From Octopus sinensis (lineage: Eukaryota), in assembly GCF_006345805.1 (NCBI RefSeq), contig NW_021831737.1:1-37673 (forward strand): a stretch of 37,673 nucleotides of DNA, given 5' to 3'. Of the stretch, positions 12,866 to 25,299 are shown piece by piece. Under the pieces are notes generated by a model. The model was not told where the DNA came from and did no database searches. It saw only the letters and a list, made by a program, of their open reading frames with translations. The first letter of the stretch is position 1. The number at the start of each line of letters is the position of its first letter. Position numbers and translations under genes: made by a program.

Positions 12866-13009
12866 TACTAAGTAATTAAGGGTTTAGCAACGATTTGCCT
12901 CACCACACACCGAATTTAGTAGAAAGAATAGCCATAAACTCTTGTGACTGCTATTTCTAAATTCGGTGTGTGGTGAGGCAAATCGTTGCTAACCCTTAAT
13001 TACTTAGTA
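12866..13009. mobile_element. 144-bp palindromic element (MITE-like or inverted retroposon end)
   Basis: About 55-bp near-perfect inverted arms; flanked by TTA on both sides (12863-12865, 13010-13012); also readable as TA TSD. Confidence 0.6.
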
Positions 13010-13140
13010 TTACTTAAACCTTCTTGAATGGGCTTTTACATGCTGAAATCTACTTGGTGAAATTAATGATTATTCCAAATTAATTAATTTCACCCTATAT
13101 TATTATTGTAATATATAGATATATATATATATATATGTTA

Positions 13141-13195
13141 TTGTCCCTATCTTCGAAACGCGGGGTAGATAAAACAGGGGACAACTGATGAAGGG
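13141..13195 (+). ncRNA. Permuted hammerhead, copy B (3' cleavage-product part only)
   Basis: UUGUCCCU-AUCUUC-GAAACGCG-GGGUAGAUAAAACA-GGGGACAA-CUGAUGA-AGGG; 8-bp helix I; the upstream CGCGUC strand seen in copy C is absent. Confidence 0.55.
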
Positions 13196-13380
13196 AATGT
13201 TCTTTATATTGCAAGTCTCTGTTCGTTTGTTTTTTCGTTGTTCGAGAAAAGGTTCGTTTTCTATGCTTTTGTTTTTCATGTTCTCGTTTCTCATTTTGTC
13301 TACGTTTTTTGATGTCCTGTACCCATATATGCATGTATATATACATATATAGGTATGTACATATATAGGTATGTATAATT
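13141..13380 (+). mobile_element. Penelope-like fragment carrying permuted HHR copy B
   Basis: Reverse-complement homolog of about 33300-33536; starts next to (AT)n. Confidence 0.45.
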
Positions 13381-13384
13381 ACTC

Positions 13385-13790
13385 TTTTTCTTGTTTCAGT
13401 CAGTTGACTGTGGCCATGCTGAAGCACCGCCTTTAGTCGAGCAAATCGACCCCAGGACTTATTCTTTGGTAGCCTAGTACTTATTCTATCGGTCTCTTTT
13501 GCCGAACCGCTAAGTTACGGGGACGTAAACACACCAGCATCGGTTGTCAAGCGATGTTGGGGGGACAAACACAGACACACAAACATATACACACACATAC
13601 ATATATATATATACACGCATACGACGGGCTTCTTTTAGTTTCCGTCTACCAAATCCACTCACAAGGCTTTGGTCGACCCGAGGCTATAGTAGAAGACACT
13701 TGCCCAAGGTGCCACGCAGTGGGACTGAACCCGAAACCATGTAGTTCGTAAGCAAGCTACTTACCACACAGCCACTCCTACGCCGATATA
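13385..13790 (-). mobile_element. Full-length S2 (CORE-like) SINE
   Basis: As above; further copies near 8170-8600, 8935-9055, 11556-11722 (-) and 24925-25290, 26230-26530, 27230-27420, 27670-27870, 28218-28300 (+). Confidence 0.8.
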
Positions 13791-13885
13791 TGCATATATT
13801 TGTATATTATTTATTTTATATATATGTACATGTGGATGTGAGTACGAGTGTTTGTATGTGAGAGCGGAAAGAGAGAGAGAGAGAG

Positions 13886-13936
<51 letters not shown>

Positions 13937-14859
13937 TGTGTGAGTGTTGTTGGTGCCTTTATATCCAAGACTGCTAATTTGACACATTCTCCCCTGATAT
14001 CTGAAACCGTCCACTTCATTACATGGCACCAAAAGTATGAATCTCTTCCGTAGTCAACCTGCTAAAAATAGCAACTAAAATTTTCCTCAAATTATGCTCC
14101 ACCATCTCGAAATGAATAAAGTAAAAAAAAAAAAACATTGTACAATGTAGTCATGAAGTGGTAGTCATGACTGGAAAGTTTTTGATCGAGGTTCATTACA
14201 CTTCAAGCCACCGACTTTTTCCGTTTCGAGAAAACAATGGACACACGACGAGGTTACCCAAACTGCTAGAAATAGCAGCCAAGAGTCATTGTTATCTCAT
14301 GGGAAAGTCATACTGGATAATGTAGTCCTAGATATACTGTAGAAGGGGTAGCTATGGAGGGAACGCCTGTCCGCTTGATCAGCATATTTTGTCGGTGACA
14401 GTTGTAGTTCAATATTTTTCGCCTGTTACACTAGGGGGAGGTAACTTGTTTTGTCAAGACTGACTATACCTTCCCTATTACCTAAACCACTACAAACTCC
14501 TACACCACTACCGCCAGTACCAGTACCAGTGTACTACTACCACCTACTACTTTGCTATAGGCAATACCACTACCACCAACACAACTACTAACTACACTAC
14601 AATTATTTCTATCACTGCTACAACCACCACCACCACCATTACCACTACCAACACCACAATCATATACTGGGTCTAAAGAAAGGGGTAGTATCCATGACTA
14701 AGGGCCTTCCTAAACGGGTGAGCTGGATACCCGTAATCTTCCACTCAAACTGTTACGAGTCCACACCTGCAGAATACACATGAGCAAGGGGAAGATTCCA
14801 GCGGGAAGATGTTATGAGGAGAAAGGATTGGGTATAACTGTTAGTACAGGGCTTCGATG

Positions 14860-15168
14860 GTCGTATGCATCTATGTATGTATGTTTGTATGTATATGTAT
14901 ATGCAAGTACGTATGTGTATTTATGAATGTGTATGTATGTATGTATGTATGTAGTATGTATGTACGTTTAAATGTTTATGCGGATGTGTGTGTGTGTATT
15001 TATGTCTGTATGTGGATATGTATGAGTGTATGTAGAAATATGTGTGGGTAGCAACGATTGTACTTTTACTTATAATAATGTTTATCGATAAGAATATTTA
15101 AATGTGCGTGTGTATGCGTGTGTATGTGTACAGGTATATATATAAACCTAGATAGACAGACAGACAGT

Positions 15169-15244
<76 letters not shown>

Positions 15245-15252
15245 GATAGATG

Positions 15253-15300
<48 letters not shown>

Positions 15301-15521
15301 TACAGACAGACAGACACATACATGCACACACACGTGCCTATATTACACAGAGGTGTTTGTGTGTGTGAGAGAGAGAGACAGACAGACAGATCGACAGGCA
15401 GACAGACAGACAGACAGATTTATAGTGTTTTCCAGTCGACAACTGAAAGGAGTGCACTTCAGTTCGTTTCTGAGTATTTCCGTATAATTCGTTGTTGTAC
15501 ACACACACACACACACACACA

Positions 15522-15562
<41 letters not shown>

Positions 15563-15905
15563 ATCTGCGTGTGCGACTATGTGTGTGTGTGTGTGTATAT
15601 GCGTGTTTATACATAGATATTTACATTAATACGCACATACACATATAATTATACACACTGATATGTGTGCGTGTTATACATACATACACATAACTACACA
15701 CACATAATTGTACATACACACACACACACACACACACACATATTTGCGTGTGTGTGTGTGTGTATGTCAGTGTTTATATATACATATACATAAACACGTA
15801 CACACATAATTATGCACACACAAACATTCACACACACAAGCACACACATATTTGCATGTGTATGTGTTTCTACATGCATATACATATAATCATACACACA
15901 CACAT

Positions 15906-15961
<56 letters not shown>

Positions 15962-16340
15962 GCGTATGTGTGCGTATACATACATACACACAACTATGTA
16001 CACATAATTATAAGCACACGAACACATCTATATGTGTGTGTGTGCGTGTGTTTAATTATATCTGTATGTATTTATGGATATATATACATAAACACACACA
16101 GACACACAGACAACACACACACACACACACACGCGCAGATATAAATGCGCGTGTATAATTATATATGTATATACTTATGTAAACGTGTGTATAAACACAC
16201 ACACACACACACGAGCGCAGATATATATGTGTGTATGTGTGTATATATGTTTGTGTGTGTGTGTGTGTGTGTATGTGTATATATGTATAGGTGTGTGTTA
16301 ATATGTATGTGTGTATGCACAGACATATATATGTAAATGT
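14860..16340. repeat. Compound di/tetranucleotide microsatellites (GT, AT, GATA, ACAT)
   Basis: Direct reading; similar blocks at 2225-2760, 3020-3200, 8280-8935, 11190-11352, 12110-12555, 16855-17830, 21490-22215, 35200-35640, 36060-36640. Confidence 0.95.
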
Positions 16341-16855
16341 GTGTGTTTCCGTGTTGATGTGTTCGCATAGGAAACGGTGTATTTCAAAGGCGGTCAATTA
16401 CCATATGGGGGAGGGGAAATCAGCTGAGACAGTTCTTGTCCCTTATATGCAACACCTAAAAACCCCTTACAGACCATTTACTGTAGTTCTAGGTTTCCCC
16501 CTTTTCGAACAGGATAATCACCGGCAGCTTGACACCGCAATTTCTAAAGACACAGTCTTCGGTAACACACCGAAGTATAGATATAATTATAATAATTCCT
16601 CCTAACATATAGATATAATGCGACACCTTTTGTATTTTTCGTTGTTGTTGTTGTTGTTGTTGTTGGGTTTTTTTTTTGTTGGGGGAGAAGGGAGAGGTGT
16701 GAGATATTTGTCGACTGAAGCGACCCCTGTATTTCACTGGCCGTGGATAGGTGACAGGCAAAATTAAACCTCAGCGAAAATTTCGAATTCAGAATGAAAT
16801 ATCGCAACGTATTTTGTTCGACACACTAACGGATTCAGCCCTCGACTTCTAGTAG

Positions 16856-16904
<49 letters not shown>

Positions 16905-17029
16905 GATGGTGGTGGTGGTGGTGAAAAATAAAATAATTTGCCCTAGGAGTCGGGAAGACACTCGAAAAGAAATGGAAACAAAATTTGAATGAAAATAATA
17001 ATAATAATAATAATGATGATAATAATAAT

Positions 17030-17082
<53 letters not shown>

Positions 17083-17428
17083 TAATAATTAATGATTGTT
17101 TCCGAGATTGAAAACACATGGCATGAAAATTTGCGCGAGAGGTTTGTTTAGTCGATATAAATCGATCTCCGTTTTTGATTGACTGATTCTTAATTTTTTC
17201 ATCTATCCTAACAAACCCCCACCCCCCACCCCGTCCCACCCCAACCCGAAAGGATGAAAGGCAAACTTGACCTCCTCAGTATAGTGTGAACTCAGAGCTA
17301 AAGACCACAAGGTTGTTTTGTCCGAATCCGTAAACGCGTCACCCTTCACCTTGCCGTAGTGATGACAATGATAATAATCATAATTATTATCATTATTATT
17401 ATTATAATTATTATTATTATTATTATTA

Positions 17429-17478
<50 letters not shown>

Positions 17479-18228
17479 ATAATAATAATAATAGTGATAA
17501 TAATAATGATTTCTTTATTAACCACAAGGTTTTACGATAATAATAATAATGATTAATTTTATTTGCAACAGGTTGTCATATAAGGGGGACATTTCAAATA
17601 CAGGCTATCATGTGTTAGGGGTTATATGGAATGGTTTGAGGAGGGAAAGAGAGGTAGGGAGAGAGAGATAGAGGATAGAATAAGTGCTAAATCCATAGGG
17701 AAAGAAACAAGAAGCAGCGATGTGTTTACGGGAAGTGAGAAAGAGAGAGAGAGAGGTGAACAATAATAATAACGATAACGATGATTAATTAATAAGATGA
17801 TGATGATGATGATGATGATGATGGATGATGGTGGTGACGACAACGGCGACGACTGCCAAAGAAGAAGAAGAAAAAAACGGGAGAGTGTGATTATTAAAAA
17901 AAAAAAATCTATCGAAATTATCAGAAATTCTCAAATAATTTTAACTCGAGGAAATTATGTAAAAAAAAACCTGCAAAAATAATGAATAAATTTGTTGAAA
18001 TAACGATAATAATAATTTAAAATTTTGCCATAAGGGCAGCAATTTGGGGGGACGGGTGGGGTGGGCGAGTCGATTACATCGATCCCCAGTGTTCAACTGG
18101 TACTTATTTTATCGACCACAAAAGTCAACCTCGGCGCAATTTGAACTCATAACGTAGAGACGGGCAAAATACCGCCAAGGCTTCTTCGTCCAGCGTGCTA
18201 ACGATTCTGCCAGCTCGCCGCCTTAAGT

Positions 18229-18317
<89 letters not shown>

Positions 18318-18321
18318 TAAT

Positions 18322-18430
18322 AATTGTGAATTTGCGTGTGTAATCTGAGAGTGCATGCAACGAGCTTCTCCGCCCTAGGTGTACGGAAAACACTCGGCGA
18401 GAAATGGAAGAAAATTTGAAAAAGGAAGGA

Positions 18431-18484
<54 letters not shown>

Positions 18485-18583
18485 TAATTGTGAATTTGCG
18501 TGTGTAATCTGGGAATGCATAACTGCCCTAGGTGTACGGAAAACACTCGACAAGAAATGGAAGAAAATTTGAAGAAAGAATGA

Positions 18584-18643
<60 letters not shown>

Positions 18644-18755
18644 TAATTGTGAATTTGCGTGTGTAATCTGGGAATGCATACCATGAGCTTCTCTGCCCTA
18701 GGTGTACGAAAAACACTCGGCGAGAAATGGAAGAAAATTTGAAGAAAGAAGGAAA
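18322..18755. repeat. Three copies of a ~100-112-bp non-SINE module separated by (TAA)n
   Basis: AATTGTGAATTTGCGTGTGTAATCTG...CCCTAGGTGTACG...GAAGAAAATTTGAA at about 18322-18432, 18486-18585, 18644-18755. Confidence 0.9.
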
Positions 18756-18826
18756 AAGTAATAACAATAATAGTAATAATAATAGTAATAATAATAGTAA
18801 TAATAATAATAATGATCATAACTTAC

Positions 18827-19236
18827 CTGAAATCTTTATCGTAATGTTTTAAATCAATAGCGTTTAATCCTGAGGAATTATTATAACTTTCTCCAGATAC
18901 TCCCTGTCTTTTTAACCGTTGATCAGCTGAGTTTTTGGTAGCCGGTAAATTTTCTTGTATTGTGGCCAGAATGTCGGGCCTGCCTTCTTCATTGCACACC
19001 TTTAACTGCAATACCGAACGGAGTTTGTGTACTTCCTCGCGGAGCCGCTGCACATCGGCCGATTTTTCTTTCAACTCGCGCATCTTGTCGTGCAGTTCGG
19101 TTTCGTATCTGGAAATGACCGATTCCTTTTGCCGGATTTCCTTACGGAGTTCCGGTATTAAGCTTTTGATGCGATTCGCATCGAATGTTTCGCCCTCTAT
19201 CACCAGATGGGCGTTGTGACTCGCTCCATTTCCCAT
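18827..19236 (-). CDS. PRKG: First coding exon of cGMP-dependent protein kinase (PKG): myristoylation motif, leucine/isoleucine zipper, autoinhibitory pseudosubstrate
   Basis: ATG at 19236 starts MGNGASH...IRQKESVISRYETELHDKMRELKEKSADVQRLREEVHKLRSVLQ...KRQGVSGES...LKHYDKDFR. EVHKLRSVL and KRQGVSGES resemble PKG zipper end and pseudosubstrate (compare KRQAISAEP of PKG I). Exon ends at a canonical donor CAG|GTAAGT (exon end 18827, phase 2 within Arg), at about the place where PKG exon 1 joins the SKxLIK exon. No downstream PKG exon was recognised in 1-18826. Paralog assignment (PRKG1 vs PRKG2-like) not resolved. Confidence 0.9.
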
Positions 19237-19734
19237 TCTGATAATAGATTTCCACCCTTTCTGTCTTCTACCGAACGAAACATTGGATCCAGCAATTGTT
19301 GTTTTCTTTACCTTCAACCCCTGGGCTTGTTATTGTTTGGTCGTTTGTTTGTTTGTTTGATTTTTGGAGGGGTTTTCTTCGTTAGCTTATTTCCCCCTTT
19401 TTTTTTTTTTGTTATCACAATATTTCCAAAAACACACACCGAATCTCAGCCTCCGAATCACTCGAGCGACGACGACGACTCTACTCTACTCTAGCGCTTG
19501 TAACACTTGTGAACTGACTTCGCACTGTTCCGTAATCAACGCTGCTGTTGTTGCTGTTCCTCTTCCTACTACTACTACTGCTGCTACTCCCACAGCTGCT
19601 GCTGCTGCTGCTGCTACTGCTACTGCTGCTGCTGCTGTAGGTGTTGTTATTGCTGCTGCTGCTGTTGTTGTTGTTGTTGTTGCTTGCTGGACTGCCGTTG
19701 GTATTATTTCGATATTCACTGAAAGATAGCATTA
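19237..19734 (-). other. Putative 5' UTR part of the PKG exon, beginning at a splice acceptor
   Basis: Minus strand TTTTCCCCTTTTTTTCTATTCTTTTTCCCCAACAG|TAATG at 19735/19734 is a strong polypyrimidine tract plus CAG. An in-frame stop at 19486-19488 lies upstream of the PKG ATG. Leader contains CAA/CAG/TAG repeats. Confidence 0.55.
19481..19732 (-). other. Putative uORF (83 aa, Ser/Asn-rich) in the PKG leader
   Basis: ATG 2 nt after the putative acceptor; MLSFSEYRNNTNGSPAS...SARVE*, out of frame with PKG, stop 245 nt upstream of the PKG ATG. Largely microsatellite-encoded. Confidence 0.35.
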
Positions 19735-19799
19735 CTGTTGGGGAAAAAGAATAGAAAAAAAGGGGAAAACATGAAATTATCAACATAGTCACAACGATT

Positions 19800-19803
19800 A
19801 TTA

Positions 19804-19843
<40 letters not shown>

Positions 19844-19881
19844 GTTATTATTATTATTATTATTATTTATTATTATTATTA

Positions 19882-19928
<47 letters not shown>

Positions 19929-19929
19929 A

Positions 19930-19976
<47 letters not shown>

Positions 19977-20029
19977 TATTATTATTATTATTATATTATT
20001 ATCATTATTATTATTATTTTATTATTATA

Positions 20030-20069
<40 letters not shown>

Positions 20070-20244
20070 TATATTATTGTATTATATTATTATTATTATT
20101 ATTATTATATATTATTATTATTCTATTATTATTATTATTTATTATTATTATTTATTATGTTATTATTATTGTTATTATTATTATTATTATTATCTCTTAT
20201 TATCATTATTATTATTATTATTGTTATTATTATATTATTATTAA

Positions 20245-20279
<35 letters not shown>

Positions 20280-20391
20280 TATTATTATTATATTTTATTA
20301 TTATTATTAGTATTATTATTATATTATTATTATTATTATTATTATTATTGATTATATTATTATTATTATATTGTTATTATTATTGTTATTA

Positions 20392-20453
<62 letters not shown>

Positions 20454-21420
20454 TATTATTAATTATTATTGTTATTTTTTATATTATTGTTGTTGTTGTT
20501 TGTTGTTTTTGTTGTAAACTATTGTAAAAAATTATTGTCGATCTTGTTCACGATTTTATTGCTGTTACTCCTGCTGATGTTGTAGTTGTGCTGGTGTTGT
20601 TGTGGTGGTGGTGGGTGGTGGGTAATGTTGGTGGTGGTGGTGGTGTTGGCGGGGGTTGTTGTTGGTTGGTGGTGGCTGGTGGTGGTGTTGTTGAAAGTGG
20701 TTGGTGGTGGTGGTGGGGGGTGGGGGAGTGAAGTAGTTATTAGTGAAGTGGTCTGTGGTGATGGTGGAGGTGGTGGAGGTGGTGGTGCTGGCAATTTAAT
20801 TCGTGTTGTTTCCGTTTTCGTTGCAGTTGTTATTGTTGTTGCAGCTGTTGATGATGTTAATAATGATGATGACGATGATGATGATGATGTGAGTCGGCGA
20901 CGGCGACGGCGACAGCAGTGGCGGTTGTGTCTAGTAGTAGTAGTAGTAGTGGTGATTGTGGTGGTGGTGGTGGTAGTGGTGGTGGTAGTGGTGGTAATAG
21001 TAATGATGATGGTGGTAGTAGTGTCAGTGGAGATAATAATTAGCTTGTTTGGGGGGGGTGTTAAGGTGGAATTACTGGCTTCATTCATCAAAAACTGCCG
21101 ACTAATAAAATAGGTGACCTTACTGCGGTGGTGTGGAGTGGTAGCTGTGTGGGGCGGCGGTGGGGGCGGCGGCAGCGGCGGCGGCGAGGGTGGGGGTGGC
21201 AGAGGCGGCGGTGTGGGGTGGTGTGCGGTGGTGGTGGTGGTGATGCGTGGTGGTGGATGGTGGTGGGGGTGGGGCGGTGGTGGTGGTGGGGTGGTGGTGG
21301 TGAGTGGGGTGGTGGGTGGTGGTGGGTGGGGGTTGGATGGTGGTGGTGATGGTGGTGGTGGTGGTGGTGGTGGTGGTGGTGCGTGGTGGGGTGGGTGCGA
21401 GGGGGGTGACGTGGTGGAGG
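19800..21420. repeat. Compound trinucleotide block: ~700 bp (ATT)n then ~840 bp (GGT/GGC/GTT)n
   Basis: Direct reading. Confidence 0.95.
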
Positions 21421-21495
21421 CTATGAGACTATTTTTCAGGGTGGCGGGTAGACAGGGGAGAATGTAACTTTTATAAAACAGCGAAATCTGTAAAC

Positions 21496-21535
<40 letters not shown>

Positions 21536-21723
21536 CTATATATATATATATATTATACACATACACACACACAAACACACATATATATATATATTCATAT
21601 TAAGGACATACTTAATATAAATAAATATATTTAAAGGAATAATTTATAAATTTTCCCTTATGAAGTTTTTCACACTAACTACTTGGTAAATTCTTATAAA
21701 GATTTTATCCTATTTTTCAATTG

Positions 21724-21756
<33 letters not shown>

Positions 21757-21777
21757 GTGTATGTATATGTATGTACG

Positions 21778-21824
<47 letters not shown>

Positions 21825-21856
21825 GTGTATGTATATGTATGTAAGTATATATGATC

Positions 21857-21909
<53 letters not shown>

Positions 21910-22105
21910 TGTGTGTGTGTGTGTGTGTATGTATTGTATATATTATATAACACACGCAAGGCCGATTGTGAGAGGCGAAGGGGAAAAGACACACACGCAC
22001 CCACGTGTGTGCGTGTGTTTGTATGTCTGTGTGCATGTATGTATGTGTGTGTTCGTTTGTGTGTGTGTGCGTGTGTGCGTGTGTGTGAGTTTGTTTGTGT
22101 GTGTG

Positions 22106-22150
<45 letters not shown>

Positions 22151-22185
22151 GTATAAAATACAGACATGTAGAAAATGCGACAGAC

Positions 22186-22223
<38 letters not shown>

Positions 22224-22539
22224 TGTGTGTGCGTGTGCACGAAGACGATCTGAGGCAGATGTGTGCATAGGCAAGCAGGCATAAGAGACGTATGATGAAA
22301 GCAATATTTTTAATAATTCGCCTGTTGTCACAAAAAACAAAAACACAATACAATCGTTCAAATAACCAACACTCACTGAGTCGTACAAGCGTAGAGTTAA
22401 ATGCATCTATATCATTATTATTTTATCGACAATGACTTTGTAGTTTTGAAAGCTGTATGGGCTATTCAAACATTCTGAACAAGGACTGGTCCGGTGAACA
22501 CTCTCAATAAAATTATAACATTCTTATGCGCCTTACGTA

Positions 22540-24855
22540 AGGCGACGGAGCTGGCAGAATCTTTAGCGCGCCGAGCGAAATACTTGGCGGTATTTCGTCT
22601 GCCGTTGCGTTCTGAGTTCAAATGCCGCCGAGGTCGACTTTGCCTTTCATCCTTTCGGGGTCGATAAATTAAGTACCAGTTACGCAATGGGGTCGATGTA
22701 ATCGACTTAATACCTATGTCTGTCCTTGTTTGTCCCCTCTGTGTTTAGCTCCTTGTGGGTAATAAAGAAATAGGTATTTCGTCTGCCGTTGCGTTCTGAG
22801 TTCAAATTCCGCCGAGGTCGACTTTGCCTTTCATCCTTTCGGGGTCGATAAATTAAATACCAGTTACGCACTGGGGTCGATGTAATCGACTTAATCCGTC
22901 TGTTTGTCCTTGTTTGTCCTCTCTGTGTTTAGCCCCTTTGTGGGTAGTAAAGAAATAGAAATAGGTATTTCGTCCACCGTTACGTTCTGAGTTCAAATTC
23001 CGCCGAGGTCGACTTTGCCTTTCATCCTTTCGAGGTCGATAAATTAAGTACCAGTTACGCACTGGGGTCGATGTAATCGACTTAATACCTATGTCTGTCC
23101 TTGTTTGTCCCCTCTGTGTTTAGCCCCTTTGTGGGTAGTAAAGAAATAGAAATAGGTATTTCGTCTACCGTTACGTTCTGAGTTCAAATTCCGCCGAGGT
23201 CGACTTTGCTTTTCATCCTTTCGGGGTCGATAAATTAAGTGCCAGTTACGCACTGGGGTCGATGTAATCGACTTAATCCGTCTGTCTGTCCTTGTTTGTC
23301 CCCTCTGTGTTTAGCCCCTTGTGGGTAGTAAAGAAATAGTAATAGGTATTTCCTCTACCGTTACGTTCTGAGTTCAAATGCCGCCGAGGTCGACTTTGCT
23401 TTTCGTCCTTTCGGGGTCGATAAATTAAGTGCCAGTTACGCACCGAGGTCGATATAATCGACTTAATCCGTCTGTCTGTCTTTGTTTGTCCCTTCTGTGT
23501 TTAGCCCCTTTGTGGGTAGTAAAGAAATAGTTGGCGGTATTTCGTCTACCGTTACGTTCTGAGTTCAAATTCCGCCGAGGTCTACTTTGCCTTTCATACT
23601 TTCGGGGTCGATAAATTAAGTACCAGTTACACACTGGGGTCGATGTAATCGACTTAATACCTATGTTTGTCCTTGTTTGTCCCCTCTATGTTTAGCCCCT
23701 TGTGGGTAGTAAAGAAATAGAAATAGGTATTTCGTCTACCGTTACGTTCTGAGTTCAAATTCCGCAGAGGTCGACTTTGCCTTTCATCCTTTCGAGGTCG
23801 ATAAATTAAGTACCAGTTACGCACTGGGGTCGATGTAATCGACTTAATACCTATGCCTGTCCTTGTTTGTCCCCTCTGTGTTTAGCTCCTTGTGGGTAAT
23901 AAAGAAATAGGTATTTCGTCTGCCGTTGCGTTCTGAGTTCAAATTCCGCCGAGGTCGACTTTGCCTTTCATCCTTTCGGGGTCGATAAATTAAGTACCAG
24001 TTACGTACTGGGGTCGATATAATCGACTTAATCCGTTTGTCTGTCCTTGTTTGTCCCCTCTCTGTTTAGCCCCTTGTGGGTAGTAAAGAAATAGAAATAG
24101 GTATTTCGTCTACCGTTACGTTCTGAGTTCAAATTCCGCCGAGGTCGACTTTGCCTTTCATCCTTTCGGGGTCGATAAATTAAGTACCAGTTACGCACTG
24201 GGGTCGATGTAATCGACTTAATACCTATGCCTGTCCTTGTTTGTCCCCTCTGTGTTTAGCTCCTTGTGGGTAATAAAGAAATAGGTATTTCGTCTGCCGT
24301 TGCGTTCTGAGTTCAAATTCCGCCGAGCGTCGACTTTGCCTTTCATCCTTTCGGGGTCGATAAATTAAGTACCAGTTACGTACTGGGGTCGATATATCGA
24401 CTTAATCCGTTTGTCTGTCCTTGTTTGTCCCCTCTCTGTTTAGCCCCTTGTGGGTAGTAAAGAATAGAAATAGGTATTTCGTCTACCGTTACGTTCTGAG
24501 TTCAAATTCCGCCGAGGTCGACTTTGCCTTTCATCCTTTCGGGGTCGATAAATTAAGTACCAGTTACGCACTGGGGTCGATATAATCGACTTAATCCGTC
24601 TGTCTGTCCTTGTTTGTCCCCTCTGTGTTTAGCCCCTTGTGGGCAATAAAGAAATAAGAATCGTTAGCACGCTGGACGAAATACTTAATAGCACATTACC
24701 CGTCGCTACGTTCTGAGTGCAAATATCGCCGAGGTCGACTTTGCCTTTCATCCTTTCTGGGTCGATATATTAAGTACCAGTGAAACGCTGGGGGTCGATG
24801 TAATCGACTCATCCCCTACCCACAAATTTCGGACCTTGTGCCTCTAGTGGAAAGG

Positions 24856-24860
<5 letters not shown>
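22540..24860 (+). repeat. Eleven-unit S1 SINE array (single head) followed by an older S1 copy
   Basis: About 185-192-bp period, same junction; units 7+8 recur as 9+10; last unit joins AGAATCGTTAGC of an older copy at about 24656. Confidence 0.9.
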
Positions 24861-24919
<59 letters not shown>

Positions 24920-25084
24920 TTAGTGGCTGTGTGGTAAGTAGCTTGCTTACCAGGCACATGGCTTCGGGTTCAGTCCCACTGCGTGGCACCTAGGGCAAGT
25001 GCCTTCTACTATCACTTCGGGCTGACCAAAGCCTTGTAAGTGGATTTGGTAGACGGAAACTGAAAGAAGCTCGTCGTATATATG

Positions 25085-25128
<44 letters not shown>

Positions 25129-25299
25129 CGTGTATGTATATGTTTGTGTTCTGTGTTTGTCCCCCCCACCAACATCGCTTGACAACCGATGCTGGTGTGT
25201 TAACGTCCCTGTAACTTAGCGGTTCGGCAAAAGAGATCGATAGAATAAGTACTAGGCTTACAAAGAATAAGTCTTGGGGCCGATCTGCTCGACTAAAGG

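Noticed and set aside
19237-19317. 27-aa N-terminal extension of PKG in the ORF track
   Set aside because: Starts at TTG; the ATG at 19236 gives the family-like MGNG start.
20519-21467. Long Pro/Thr/Gly/Val-rich ORFs
   Set aside because: Translations of GGT/ACC microsatellites with no splice or homology support.
22540-24656. Self-cleaving ribozyme within SINE array units (retrozyme model)
   Set aside because: No CUGANGA/GAAA pair found on either strand; only small hairpins (GTCGAT-TAC-ATCGAC, CC-GAAA-GG). Other ribozyme classes cannot be excluded by eye.
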